Assembly: GCA_029838215.1 (NCBI GenBank)
Contig: JALGVI010000012.1
Location: 1 to 64,000 of the forward strand
Direction of reading: 5' to 3'
DNA length: 64,000 bases
DNA from: Candidatus Helarchaeota archaeon
GTDB lineage: Archaea > Asgardarchaeota > Lokiarchaeia > Helarchaeales > RDOG01
Shown here: positions 18,956-29,102 of the stretch, piece by piece
How the letters are laid out: every line of letters starts with the position of its first letter
Numbering within the stretch: the stretch's first letter is position 1
Notes under the pieces: generated by a model
Seen by the model: only the letters and a program-made list of their open reading frames with translations
The model's database searches: none
Told to the model about the DNA's origin: nothing
Position numbers and translations under genes: made by a program

Positions 18956-19730
18956 TAATGACACGCAAGACATTGACTATGATGCGGAAATTGAAGAATT
19001 TCCAAAAAAGGTCAAGACATACTTATGGTTTAGATGCATTGCAATTTACGTTGCAGTCATAGTAGGGACTTATTTATTATCAATTTTGACTCTATCAACC
19101 ATAAATTTGGTCATTAATGGCATAATTACGGTCTTGGTCCCACCACCGTGGGATTTTCCTCCACGAATCGTCCAGCACATTGTCAATTTCTGGGCTCTAA
19201 TCATAGTCATTCCAGTTTCGATTATAGGGATGAATCTATTCTTGCAATGGTGGAGCCGTTTTTATCCCATTCCATACGTGTTGTTGGATCGAGTTCAGAG
19301 GGCAGGATTCATATTAAAACGCCCTCGACTATTGTTCTTCTTTCGGCGAACCAGGGTTTGTCTTCCTAAGAAGGATTCATATTTCAAGGTCGGAGTTCGC
19401 GTGAGATATTTTCCTTTCATGGAGTTGAAATACGGATGCAAGATCACGATCATTTCAAAGGCACTTTGCGACGTGAATGATTCTGTATTGTTTAATTTGG
19501 TTAAAAAAATCGCAGAAAAGAACTTCATTTCATTTGAGCACGAAAAAGAAGTTCGCAAAGAAGATGGAAGAATAAAAATTCGAAAGAAAAAAGGAATGGT
19601 ACGATTTAAAGCCGTATGTAATCCCGAAGAAGCCATTAGCCAGATGATGCAAATGGGTAAGGCAATTCGTGAGTTTGAAGACGCAAAAATTCGTCTCGTT
19701 GAAATGGCATTGGGAAATGGCCAGATTTAG
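18948..19730 (+). CDS. Hypothetical membrane protein (2 N-terminal TM helices)
   Basis: Long ORF overlapping the upstream wHTH gene by 8 nt; two hydrophobic segments followed by a soluble domain. Confidence 0.65.
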   Translation: MTDNDTQDIDYDAEIEEFPKKVKTYLWFRCIAIYVAVIVGTYLLSILTLSTINLVINGIITVLVPPPWDFPPRIVQHIVNFWALIIVIPVSIIGMNLFLQWWSRFYPIPYVLLDRVQRAGFILKRPRLLFFFRRTRVCLPKKDSYFKVGVRVRYFPFMELKYGCKITIISKALCDVNDSVLFNLVKKIAEKNFISFEHEKEVRKEDGRIKIRKKKGMVRFKAVCNPEEAISQMMQMGKAIREFEDAKIRLVEMALGNGQI

Positions 19731-20353
19731 GATAATGCAGTTATAATGTCATTGAAAATCTCATCGAACGAACGGTTGGCATCAATATTCCTCAATAACT
19801 TCTTCTCATTATAATATTCTATTAGCGGTGCAGTCTTTTCTTTATAAGTCTCGATCCGTGCTTTTACCGTTTCAGCAGTATCGTCTTTCCGCAAGATTAA
19901 TTTCGTTCCGCAGTTATCGCAGATGCCTTCCTTTTTCGGAGGGTTGAATTCAACATGAAATACGCTACCACAGTTCGGACAACTTCTGCGACCAACCGAA
20001 CGTCTTACCAATGCTTGAGTATCAACGTCCAAATTGATGACAATGTCGATTGTCGTGAAGTCTTCGAGTTTTTCGGCCTGCGTTGTAGTTCTCGGGAAAC
20101 CATCCAAGATGAACCCATTTTTACAATCCGGTTTGTTCAATCTTTCTCGAACCAGATTAATGACCAAGTCATCCGGTACCAATTTTCCTGCAGTCATGTA
20201 GCTTTCTGCTTCAATTCCAAGTTTTGTCCTGTCTTTAACGGCTTTGCGTAGCAAGTCCCCCGTTGATATTTGAGGAATATTATATTTTTCAACGAGTTTC
20301 TTGGCATTGGTTCCCTTTCCAGCTCCTGGAGCTCCTAACAATATGATTTTCAT
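19727..20353 (-). CDS. adk: Adenylate kinase, long bacterial-type with Zn-binding LID
   Basis: GAPGAGKGT, ISTGDLLR, GFILDGFPRT, CPNC..CDNC and RKDD. Confidence 0.96.
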   Translation of the reverse strand: MKIILLGAPGAGKGTNAKKLVEKYNIPQISTGDLLRKAVKDRTKLGIEAESYMTAGKLVPDDLVINLVRERLNKPDCKNGFILDGFPRTTTQAEKLEDFTTIDIVINLDVDTQALVRRSVGRRSCPNCGSVFHVEFNPPKKEGICDNCGTKLILRKDDTAETVKARIETYKEKTAPLIEYYNEKKLLRNIDANRSFDEIFNDIITALS

Positions 20354-20420
20354 GAAATCACGTCTTTTTTAAATTAGATGCTAATGACTAATGAGTAAAA
20401 TCTATTAAAAAAAAATTCTA

Positions 20421-21644
20421 TTGTGGAATTTGATGGTTGAAGATTGGGCTTTTAAAGAAGCCGACACGAAATATCTCACTCACGGTTTGCATTACTATCC
20501 GGCAAGAATGATTCCTCAAATAGCCAAGCGATTATTATTTCGATATTCCAATCCCGGAGACTTAGTTTTAGATCCGTTCGTTGGGAGCGGCACGACATTG
20601 GTTGAAGCTCGACTCTCAGGTCGAAATTCCATTGGTATCGATGTCAACCCATTTTCGGCATTATTAGCAACCGTAAAATCCACCCCAATCTCGGGAGATT
20701 TTAGACTTCAAGAAATGATTGCAGCCTTGCCAGAGATGCTTTCCAAGTATGATGAAGTGGATTACGTGCAGTATTACCCCAATCTAAAAAACGTGAATGA
20801 ATGGATGGAAAAATGGTTTCCCGTTTCGGTGATAAAACATATTTTGATAATAAAAAAAATGCTTTTTGACTTTAATAAACACGAATCAGATGCAATGCAA
20901 GACTTTTATAAAATAATGTTCTCCAAATTGATTCTGGATCTATTTAAAGGCAAGTTTGATGGAAGCTCAACGCACGTTAAAAAGAAACATTCCAATAACA
21001 TCCCTGATCCTTTTTCATTATTCGAAAAGAATGTTCGAAATGGCATTAGAGCAGTTCAAGAGTTTTCAGAACGAGTCCAACCATCTTCCTGTATCGTGCA
21101 TCACGCGGATTTCATGGAAATTGAACCTGAAAAATTACAAGGGATCAACCTGATCATGACTTCTCCTCCTTATGGAGAAGAAAGAAGTACGATAGGTTAC
21201 AGCCGGTGGACTAAATTCTTCCTTTATTGGCTTGATTATACTCAAGAAAATGTACTCTCTTGGAGAAAAAAGACCTTGGGCGGTAAGGGGCGAAATGAAT
21301 CCAGTCTAGAATCAGCCACGCTGAATAAAAATTTGACAATTCTGGAAAGAAAGGATGTAAAACATAGAAAAATCGTCAGATCTTTTTTCCACGATTATTC
21401 AGACTGCTTGAAAAAAATGGCAAGTCTCTTAGAAACAGATAGTTACTGTTGCATTGTCTGTGGCAACCGTCGCGTGGCAGGTGTTTACTTTCCAATGGAT
21501 AAAATCACTGCTGAGTTGGCAAGTCCTGATTTCATCTTGGAGACACTACATCATCGAGACATTCCTACAAAAACAATCCCGTGGGAGGGCATCTCGGGAA
21601 AAACAATGAAAAGAGAAAACATCATCATACTAAAACGAAAATAG
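20421..21644 (+). CDS. DNA methyltransferase, N4-cytosine type (motif I before SPPY), apparently orphan
   Basis: HYYPARMIPQ, LDPFVGSGTT..EA, GIDVNP and TSPPY. Confidence 0.88.
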   Translation: MWNLMVEDWAFKEADTKYLTHGLHYYPARMIPQIAKRLLFRYSNPGDLVLDPFVGSGTTLVEARLSGRNSIGIDVNPFSALLATVKSTPISGDFRLQEMIAALPEMLSKYDEVDYVQYYPNLKNVNEWMEKWFPVSVIKHILIIKKMLFDFNKHESDAMQDFYKIMFSKLILDLFKGKFDGSSTHVKKKHSNNIPDPFSLFEKNVRNGIRAVQEFSERVQPSSCIVHHADFMEIEPEKLQGINLIMTSPPYGEERSTIGYSRWTKFFLYWLDYTQENVLSWRKKTLGGKGRNESSLESATLNKNLTILERKDVKHRKIVRSFFHDYSDCLKKMASLLETDSYCCIVCGNRRVAGVYFPMDKITAELASPDFILETLHHRDIPTKTIPWEGISGKTMKRENIIILKRK

Positions 21645-21648
21645 AAAA

Positions 21649-22317
21649 TCAGGAGATTTTACGAACTAATTTTACCCAGCCTTTTTTCTGATACTTTCTT
21701 ATCACCTGATTGACGAATATTCGTGTCTGATTCGTTTCATCGACAATTTCGTCAACAGAATGGTTTCCATCACAAAACTGAAGAATTTGAGATTCCCGGA
21801 TTGGAAACTTTTCTTTCCCTGTAAGTCTTTTTGTCAATGTAGGAACTATTTCAAGTCCTGACTTTCCTGCACTCGGTTTTTTCTGCGTTTCAACCAAGCT
21901 ACTTTGACTTGGCACGGGTACTGGCAAGTCTCCGATAAGTTCATCAATAAGTGCACCATATTTGGGAATGGCACTCTTAAAACTCAATAATTGACCTAAA
22001 GCACCCTTTTTGCAGTAGATTATGACCATGCTTTTTTCTGAAGTCTTAAAAAAAGCCATCGTCTTTCCGCCAATGGGCATCGAGTGGTCTTGAATATTCA
22101 AATGCCCAAAATTGCTTTTAATGAAATTGGTTATAAATTCGGAATATTCGTCCAAATCAGAATCCTGATAAATTTGCTCACCCAAAGCATTATAAATTCC
22201 AATATATGGTCGTGATAACAAAGATGGTCTTAAATCTGCAACGATCTTTTTCGATATTTCGTAAGCATTCTGGTTCATGCTCAGACCGACTCCATTTCTT
22301 GATATTGAAATATCCAA
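21649..22317 (-). CDS. Hypothetical protein: alpha/beta (longin/roadblock-like) N-domain plus C-terminal winged helix
   Basis: C-terminal ILQFCDGNHSVDEIV..VIRKYQKKGWVKL; N-terminal alternating strand-helix pattern. Confidence 0.6.
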   Translation of the reverse strand: MDISISRNGVGLSMNQNAYEISKKIVADLRPSLLSRPYIGIYNALGEQIYQDSDLDEYSEFITNFIKSNFGHLNIQDHSMPIGGKTMAFFKTSEKSMVIIYCKKGALGQLLSFKSAIPKYGALIDELIGDLPVPVPSQSSLVETQKKPSAGKSGLEIVPTLTKRLTGKEKFPIRESQILQFCDGNHSVDEIVDETNQTRIFVNQVIRKYQKKGWVKLVRKIS

Positions 22318-22512
22318 GATCGATTCTCAATGATTCATGTTTGAGATTTTCTTCGCTCGGATCTTGACAATATCAGATCTTTACATGAAGGAATTATTAA
22401 ATAGCTCCCATACCGAGTCATTAAATCCAAAGAACAAAAATTAAAATACAGGATTGACTTAAGAAATTGAAAATAAAAATAACCTAAATCTCCTAAAAAG
22501 AGGCTCTGAACG

Positions 22513-23256
22513 TTGATTGAAATCGTCATGATCGATGAATTTAAGGATATCGATTTTACCGGGAAGATTTTTATTACTGGCTTCCACGGCGTTGGTGCCA
22601 CGGGCTATATAACGATACGACACATGGTAGATAATCTACCTGTTGAGAAAATTGGATATCTCATTCCGGATTTCTTGCCTGGCTTTGTATCAATTGAAAA
22701 TGAACGCCTCTCCTTGCCATTTGAGTTTTATCTCATGAAGGATTATGTTTTCTTCTTGCCGCGATCACAACCTGGGCAAAGTGAAGTCAATGAATTCATT
22801 CGGGTGATCGCAGAATTCGTGATTGAGAAAGGATTTAAGGAAAGCATGTTAATTGGTGGACTTGATAATAAATTTCAAACCGAAGATGACGTGTTAAAGA
22901 CAGTTCCAACGAGACCCTTCTTGGATCAAGCGAAAAATATGGGGCCCCTTCTTGATAAAGGGCTTTACGTAACGGGTCCTTTGGCTTTACTTCTTGAACT
23001 ATTTGAGTTGAAGAATTTTCCCGCGTGTGCAATTTTACCGTATGCAGAACGTGAACGACCTGATCCGAGGGCTGCTGCAGTAGCCATCAAGGCAATAGAC
23101 GAACATTACAATAATGACCTAAACGTTGAAATCGAAGACCTTTATAAAGATGCCAAGCGAATAGAAGAAGAAATCGAAAACATCCTATCTCAAGAACGCG
23201 AACTCGAAAAGGGCGAGAAACCGTTAGAACCGGGATCTCGTGGAATGTACGTCTAA
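22513..23256 (+). CDS. PAC2-family proteasome assembly chaperone (PbaA/PbaB-like)
   Basis: ITGFHGVGATG, LIGGL, VTGPLALLL and PDPRAAA. Confidence 0.9.
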   Translation: MIEIVMIDEFKDIDFTGKIFITGFHGVGATGYITIRHMVDNLPVEKIGYLIPDFLPGFVSIENERLSLPFEFYLMKDYVFFLPRSQPGQSEVNEFIRVIAEFVIEKGFKESMLIGGLDNKFQTEDDVLKTVPTRPFLDQAKNMGPLLDKGLYVTGPLALLLELFELKNFPACAILPYAERERPDPRAAAVAIKAIDEHYNNDLNVEIEDLYKDAKRIEEEIENILSQERELEKGEKPLEPGSRGMYV

Positions 23257-23360
23257 TAAATCCGATTTTTTTCCATTTTATTTTTTGTAAAAACCGCTTG
23301 ATTCTTTTAAGTGATGCCTTTATATTGTTTTTAATGAGAATTTCTTACCGGTGACGATTC

Positions 23361-24824
23361 ATGCTTGAAGAAGGAGAAAAACACGAAGCTCGAACCAAAA
23401 TAATGGCAACAATTGGTCCTAGCTCTGAGTCCGAAGAGCGCATCAGGCAATTGATTAATGCAGGCACGGATATATTCCGCCTGAACTTTTCACATGGGAC
23501 ACATGAATGGCACGAAACAATTTTCAGGCGTATAAGGAAGGTGGCACCTCAAGTTCCCATTCTTTTTGATATATCGGGACCAAAAATCCGTGTTGGAAGT
23601 ATGAAGAGTAAATATCTCTTGCATAGAGGTCAACAATTCACGTTAACATCTAGAGAAATCATCGGAAACGATCAAATTGTTACCGTAAATTATCCCGCGC
23701 TTCCGAACGAAGTCGATTCGGGAGACATGATTTTCATTAATGATGGTGTCATCGCCTTGAAAGTCCTTGGGACCGATGGTGAAGATATAAAGTGTGAGGT
23801 CATTGCAGGTGGTCCCATATCTTCTCGAAAGGGAATCAACGTGCCTAAAGTGACACTATCCATTCGCGTGCCTACGGAAAAAGATAAAGATGACATTAAA
23901 TTGGCGACCGAGTTAGATGCAGATCTTCTTGCGGTTTCTTTTGTTGAAAATCTCGATGATTTGAATGCAGTCAAGACAGTAATCAAGGAGGCAGGCACTG
24001 AAATTCCTCTCATTGCCAAAATCGAGCGAGCCAATGCAATATTGAATTATTCACAAATTCTCAAGAATAGCTTTGGAATCATGGTAGCTCGGGGAGATCT
24101 TGGCGTGGAATTACCGACCGAGAACATACCAATGATCCAAAAGGATCTCATCCTCTCTTGCAACAAGGCGGGAAAGCCCGTGATCGTGGCAACTCAAATG
24201 TTAGAATCAATGACAATATCTCCAATTCCTACCCGCGCCGAGACAAATGACGTGTTTAATGCAGTTCTTGATGGAAGTGACTGCTTGATGCTGTCGGGTG
24301 AAACTGCAAGTGGAAGATACCCCGTTAAATCGGTTCAGATGATGCATAAAATTTGCGTGGCGGCAGAAAAATTATTGCAGACGGTAAAACGAAACCCGGA
24401 TCATTACGATTCCGTGGAAAAGAGTATTGAAGAAGTCCTTGGACACGCGGTTCATCGAATTATAAAGACTCTCAAGAAACGTGACTCGACGGTTCGCGCT
24501 ATTTTAGTTTCGACGCGATCCGGTAATTCAGCCCAAATGGTCGCGAAATATCGCCCAGAAATACCTATCATTGCGATAACGTTTGATGAGAAGGTTCTTC
24601 GTCGGTTAAGATTGATTTGGGGTGTCAAGCCATTGTTTCTCGATGTTCCTGAAACGATGGATCAGTTCTCTAAAAACTATAAAACCATCAGGCTCGCTTT
24701 AGAACGGAATTTGATTGATAAAGATGATATAATCCTCTTTGTTTCTGCTAGCTTCCTTGCTCCAAGAGCTAAAACCAGTACGATTTCGTTGTACAAAGTT
24801 AGCGATATTCAAGACATCGAATAA
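23361..24824 (+). CDS. pyk: Pyruvate kinase (copy 1)
   Basis: KIMATIGP, RLNFSHG, GPKIR, IAKIE, MVARGDLGVE, ATQMLESM, PTRAE and MLSGETA.GRYP. Confidence 0.97.
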   Translation: MLEEGEKHEARTKIMATIGPSSESEERIRQLINAGTDIFRLNFSHGTHEWHETIFRRIRKVAPQVPILFDISGPKIRVGSMKSKYLLHRGQQFTLTSREIIGNDQIVTVNYPALPNEVDSGDMIFINDGVIALKVLGTDGEDIKCEVIAGGPISSRKGINVPKVTLSIRVPTEKDKDDIKLATELDADLLAVSFVENLDDLNAVKTVIKEAGTEIPLIAKIERANAILNYSQILKNSFGIMVARGDLGVELPTENIPMIQKDLILSCNKAGKPVIVATQMLESMTISPIPTRAETNDVFNAVLDGSDCLMLSGETASGRYPVKSVQMMHKICVAAEKLLQTVKRNPDHYDSVEKSIEEVLGHAVHRIIKTLKKRDSTVRAILVSTRSGNSAQMVAKYRPEIPIIAITFDEKVLRRLRLIWGVKPLFLDVPETMDQFSKNYKTIRLALERNLIDKDDIILFVSASFLAPRAKTSTISLYKVSDIQDIE

Positions 24825-24884
24825 GCTTTAAAAAGAGCTAGGCACGATTTTATATCATTTAATTTTTTAACGTGGTGAAGAAAC

Positions 24885-26354
24885 TTGGCGGAAAAAAAGA
24901 CGCGTTTTACAAAGTCAAAAATTGTTTGCACCATTGGACCTGCAACAAATCAATCAGACATGTTAAGAAAGATGATTGAAGCAGGAATGGATGTCGCTAG
25001 ATTAAATTTTTCTCACGGAACTCACGATGATCATCGCAAGGTCTTCGACCTTATCCGAGAGACATCCGATAAAATTGCCATTCTTTGTGACATTCAAGGT
25101 CCTAAAATTCGAGTTGGAATGATGAATGAAAACAAGCGTTTCATGTTAAAGAGAGGCCAAGAATACACCATCACGAACCGTGACATATTGGGTGATGATA
25201 AAATAATTTCAACGTCTTATAAATCCCTTCCAAAGGAAGTGAATTCCGGCGATTTTCTTTATGTAAATGACGGTATAATTGCTTTAAAAGTAAAATCAAT
25301 TGAAAATGAAGAAGATATCGTGTGCGAAGTCGTGGCTGGTGGAGAAATTTCATCGAGAAAAGGAATAAACATTCCCAAGGAAATCTCTGCTAAAGTGCCT
25401 ACTAAAAAAGATGTTGAAGATTTAAAATTTATTGCTTCTCTAGAGGCAGATTACGTGGCAGTCTCATTCGTGTCAAACACAAGTGACATTCACCGTGTTA
25501 AAGAGATTTTGGAAAGAGAAGGTGCAAACATACCGATCATCTCTAAAATTGAGCGACCAAACGCCGTCAAGAATATAGAATCAATAATTAAAGAATCTCA
25601 GGCAATCATGGTGGCCCGGGGAGATCTTGGCGTGGAACTAAATCCGTGGAAGGTTCCTGCCATTCAAAAAGAGATCATAAAAAAATGCAATAGGGCTGGA
25701 AAACCCGTCATTTGTGCCACTCAAGTGTTGGATTCGATGACGCAGAACCCCATCCCCACCAGGGCAGAAGCATCCGATTGCTTCAATGCAATTTATGAGG
25801 GAGCTGATGCCGTGATGCTTTCAGGGGAAACGTCCGTGGGTGATTATCCTTTGGAAACCATTGAAATGATGGAACGGATCATAAAAGAGGCAGAAACTGC
25901 AATGCCACACAGGGATCCTTCATATTATGACTCTCATTCCAGGGAATTAAGAAATCTGGAAATTCTCGGTCATCTCATCGCCACTTCGATTTTCCAGCTT
26001 GAAGAACGTGGTGAAGACCTGAATAAATTGTGTATTTTGGTGATTACTAACGAGTATGCAACCAGTGCTAATGTTTCTAAATATCGTCCACCCGTCCCAA
26101 TCCTTGTCGTGACATCGAATCAAAAACTATACCGGCAGCTATTCCTTCAGTGGGGAGTCGAAGCAATCCATTTACCGTTTTTTGCAGATGCCCTTACGAC
26201 AAATCTCATGGCAGTTGAAGAAGGTTACAAGGCAGGGTACTTAAGTCAAGGAGACAATATAATCATGATATCTGAGTCCGTAATCTCTAAGGAAGTAACG
26301 AATAACCTTGGCTTTTACAGCGTAGATGACATCTTAAGCTTCGGCAAGATTTGA
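24885..26354 (+). CDS. pyk: Pyruvate kinase (copy 2)
   Basis: KIVCTIGP, RLNFSHG, QGPKIR, ISKIE, MVARGDLGVE, PTRAE and MLSGETS.G.YP. Confidence 0.97.
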   Translation: MAEKKTRFTKSKIVCTIGPATNQSDMLRKMIEAGMDVARLNFSHGTHDDHRKVFDLIRETSDKIAILCDIQGPKIRVGMMNENKRFMLKRGQEYTITNRDILGDDKIISTSYKSLPKEVNSGDFLYVNDGIIALKVKSIENEEDIVCEVVAGGEISSRKGINIPKEISAKVPTKKDVEDLKFIASLEADYVAVSFVSNTSDIHRVKEILEREGANIPIISKIERPNAVKNIESIIKESQAIMVARGDLGVELNPWKVPAIQKEIIKKCNRAGKPVICATQVLDSMTQNPIPTRAEASDCFNAIYEGADAVMLSGETSVGDYPLETIEMMERIIKEAETAMPHRDPSYYDSHSRELRNLEILGHLIATSIFQLEERGEDLNKLCILVITNEYATSANVSKYRPPVPILVVTSNQKLYRQLFLQWGVEAIHLPFFADALTTNLMAVEEGYKAGYLSQGDNIIMISESVISKEVTNNLGFYSVDDILSFGKI

Positions 26355-26363
26355 AACATTTTC

Positions 26364-26819
26364 TCAAGACCATTTTTTTAGATATTTTTTATAGCTTTCT
26401 ATCAAATTCTCCTCGTTTACTTCATCTCGTAGGGCTTTAATGATGAAAAGCGTTTGCATCAATTGAAACTCTTGACTTTTTAAGTCTGCAACGTTCAATT
26501 TACGGGACTGCATTTCAATCTGCTTCCGATAATCTTCCAAGTTAATATCCTTTCTGTCCAAAAATATGCCGATTCCAAAAGTAGCTGCGATTATCAGTGG
26601 AAATAAGATCATCAATAGCCATAAGTCTAGATTAAATGCCATCGTTACTAATGATATAGCACTCATTGTGGAAACAATTATGGAATAATACGTCTGTCCC
26701 ATCCTTAATCTGGAAAATTGTTGTCCAACAAATCTAGACTTATTTAAATTCGAATATCGTTCCTTTAACCTTAATATTTTCTTCGGTAATTTCATTAATT
26801 TCAGCTTTATTGGTTTCAT
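26364..26819 (-). CDS. Hypothetical 2-TM protein with basic N-terminus and C-terminal coiled coil
   Basis: 151-aa ORF with two hydrophobic helices, divergent from a wHTH gene. Confidence 0.65.
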   Translation of the reverse strand: MKPIKLKLMKLPKKILRLKERYSNLNKSRFVGQQFSRLRMGQTYYSIIVSTMSAISLVTMAFNLDLWLLMILFPLIIAATFGIGIFLDRKDINLEDYRKQIEMQSRKLNVADLKSQEFQLMQTLFIIKALRDEVNEENLIESYKKYLKKWS

Positions 26820-26851
26820 TTTTAGTAGAGAAGGTTGTGCTTATTTTTCAA

Positions 26852-26877
26852 ATATAAGTTATATTCCAAACTTATAT
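26852..26877. promoter_or_regulatory. Perfect 9-bp inverted repeat (ATATAAGTT-N8-AACTTATAT) in a divergent promoter region
   Basis: Seen directly between the starts of 26364-26819 (-) and 26940-27200 (+). Confidence 0.5.
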
Positions 26878-26939
26878 ATCAACCTTATGTAAAATAACTT
26901 TTATAAATCTTCAGTCCCAAATTTGCATCAGATGAGAGA

Positions 26940-27200
26940 ATGATGAAGTTAACAGAAACGGAAAAAAAGATTTTAAAGACAGTTGCTGAAGAGGCTCGCA
27001 CCACTCCGAAGTTAATTGCTAAAAAATTGAAATTATCCGAACAACATGTTCGAAATCTCGTTTCCAATCTTTATAGATTTGGTTTTTTAAAGCGCGTGAC
27101 GAGAGGATTATATGAACCAGTCATGTCAAAATATGAGGAATTCCGGCTACTCGGCGAAAAGGCAAGGAGCATTCACGCACGTTATGGAAAGAAAAAATGA
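26940..27200 (+). CDS. Small winged-helix DNA-binding protein
   Basis: LTETEKKIL..TPKLIAKKLKLSEQHVRNLVSNLYRFGFLKRV.RGLYE. Confidence 0.8.
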   Translation: MMKLTETEKKILKTVAEEARTTPKLIAKKLKLSEQHVRNLVSNLYRFGFLKRVTRGLYEPVMSKYEEFRLLGEKARSIHARYGKKK

Positions 27201-27209
27201 TTTGCGAAA

Positions 27210-28286
27210 TCACAACCGGATTTTCTTTAACAAGTTGCCCTTCCAAAGTATCAACAATGGCACGATAATGACACTTATTAAAATGATGAGTGAAAAAAAG
27301 AAAAAGGCAGGATCAATTAGGAAAGGCGCAAATGCGTTCATGCCAAAAAATCCAACGATGAAAGTTGGCAAGATAAAAATGACGTTGAAAATCGTAAAAA
27401 TTCTTAGCACGTGATTCAAGCGATCCTGAAGCATGAGCGAGTAGATATTCAAGATATCCGTGAGAGATCGATTGATCTCATTTATGATCCCTGTTTGAGA
27501 ATCAATTTCATTTATTGTCACGGTTACTATGTTTCTAACGTTTTCCGTGACTTCAACACCGGGAATGCCAGAAGTGTGAAACCTGGTATAGAGCCGTTTT
27601 TCCGCAAGGACATAGCTTGCCAGATACATGGAAATGCTCTTCAACTTGAGAACCTCTTCAATGATTCCAGATCTAAGGCTTTTCCGAATGATATCTTGCT
27701 CTAAAAATTCCACGTTCATCCGAAATCGACGAATCATTTCAACATTATCATCAATGATCTCATCCATGAGCCGGACGATGACTTCATCAAGGATCTGAGG
27801 TGAGAGATCCGCTTGTTGCATCCAATTACTAACAATGGAAACGCATTCCATTGAATACTCCTTCGGATCGGTTCGAATGGATACGATTATATTCGGCTTT
27901 CGAAAGAGAAGGAGAAAATGGCTCGTATCGGTTTCAATCGGAATGAACTTCTCCGCGTGAAGAGGCGTGACATGCTTGATTGCGGAAAAATACGGCAAGG
28001 TAATGATTGTTGTCGAGTTCTTCTGCGCGGAAGTAGGACGATATGGTTGTCTTAGACAATTCAATATGGTCTTTCTTTCAAGATTTAGAAATTTCTCAAC
28101 AACTGCAGTTTCCCTATTGAAGCGTCCCCGTTCTTCATCAATATCTTTTGGAAAAGAAAGATCAAACCATGCAATCGCACCTTTTTTCAAGTCGCTCAGG
28201 TATTTGTCGTTGATTTCTTCAACTTCTAGCGTTTCTACGGTGGCTCCTTTTTTTCGTAAAGTATAGACAACAATCATTTCGATCAT
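27210..28286 (-). CDS. corA: CorA-family Mg2+/Co2+ transporter
   Basis: RLN.VLRIFT..ILPTFIVGFFGMN signature and two C-terminal TM helices. Confidence 0.92.
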   Translation of the reverse strand: MIEMIVVYTLRKKGATVETLEVEEINDKYLSDLKKGAIAWFDLSFPKDIDEERGRFNRETAVVEKFLNLERKTILNCLRQPYRPTSAQKNSTTIITLPYFSAIKHVTPLHAEKFIPIETDTSHFLLLFRKPNIIVSIRTDPKEYSMECVSIVSNWMQQADLSPQILDEVIVRLMDEIIDDNVEMIRRFRMNVEFLEQDIIRKSLRSGIIEEVLKLKSISMYLASYVLAEKRLYTRFHTSGIPGVEVTENVRNIVTVTINEIDSQTGIINEINRSLTDILNIYSLMLQDRLNHVLRIFTIFNVIFILPTFIVGFFGMNAFAPFLIDPAFFFFSLIILISVIIVPLLILWKGNLLKKIRL

Positions 28287-28471
28287 TACCTCCGAGAGAT
28301 CCTCTTATATCAATTATATAAAATCTCTATATTTACGTTCGCGTCGCGAGATGAAAAACGTCGGATATCTTAGAATTTTTTCCTCTTTTTCACGAGCAAA
28401 TCGTTAAAAAGCATCTTTAAACAAAAATATTATGAATTTCAAGACAAACTGACATTGAAGGTGAAGGAAAC

Positions 28472-28999
28472 ATGAGCATTTTAGATGTTGTGAAAAAAAG
28501 AAAATCCGTCCGAAAATTCACGGATCAGGACGTTTCGGATGAGGATTTGAATGCCGTCTTGGAAGCAGCACGTTTAGCACCGAGCGGCACTAATAAACAA
28601 CCGTGGCATTTCATAATCATCAAAAATAAAGAAACACAGAAAAAAATTGCCTCATTGCTTCCATGGGGGACGTTCATCAAGAAGGCTCCCATCGCAATCG
28701 CAATTCTCGTCCAAAAAAAATCCATGTGGGCAATCTTGGATGGTTGCATCGCGGTTACACACATAATGCTGGAAGCGGCAGCCCGAGGTCTCGGAACCTG
28801 CTGGTGTGCATGCTGGCCGAACTTGGATAAGAATCCCGCACTAGAAAAACAAATTCACGACATTCTGGGCATACCTGAAGATCTCCAACCAAAAATGAAA
28901 CTAATTACCATCACGCCTCTAGGACATCCCGATCCGAAAGGAATCAAGGAAACCACGCGAAAACCAATTGAGAAAATCGTTCACCACGAGCAGTTCTAA
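28472..28999 (+). CDS. Nitroreductase family protein
   Basis: RKSVRKF, AARLAPSGTNKQPWHF, LEAAARGLGTCW and LGHP..RKP. Confidence 0.95.
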   Translation: MSILDVVKKRKSVRKFTDQDVSDEDLNAVLEAARLAPSGTNKQPWHFIIIKNKETQKKIASLLPWGTFIKKAPIAIAILVQKKSMWAILDGCIAVTHIMLEAAARGLGTCWCACWPNLDKNPALEKQIHDILGIPEDLQPKMKLITITPLGHPDPKGIKETTRKPIEKIVHHEQF

Positions 29000-29102
29000 T
29001 TTTCCCTTCTCATTTTTTCAGGTAATTTCTTGCTTTCCTTCTAATTTCTTCAAAGACTAAAACAAATAAAGTTCTGTTCACGATTTATATGATCAGAAGA
29101 AG

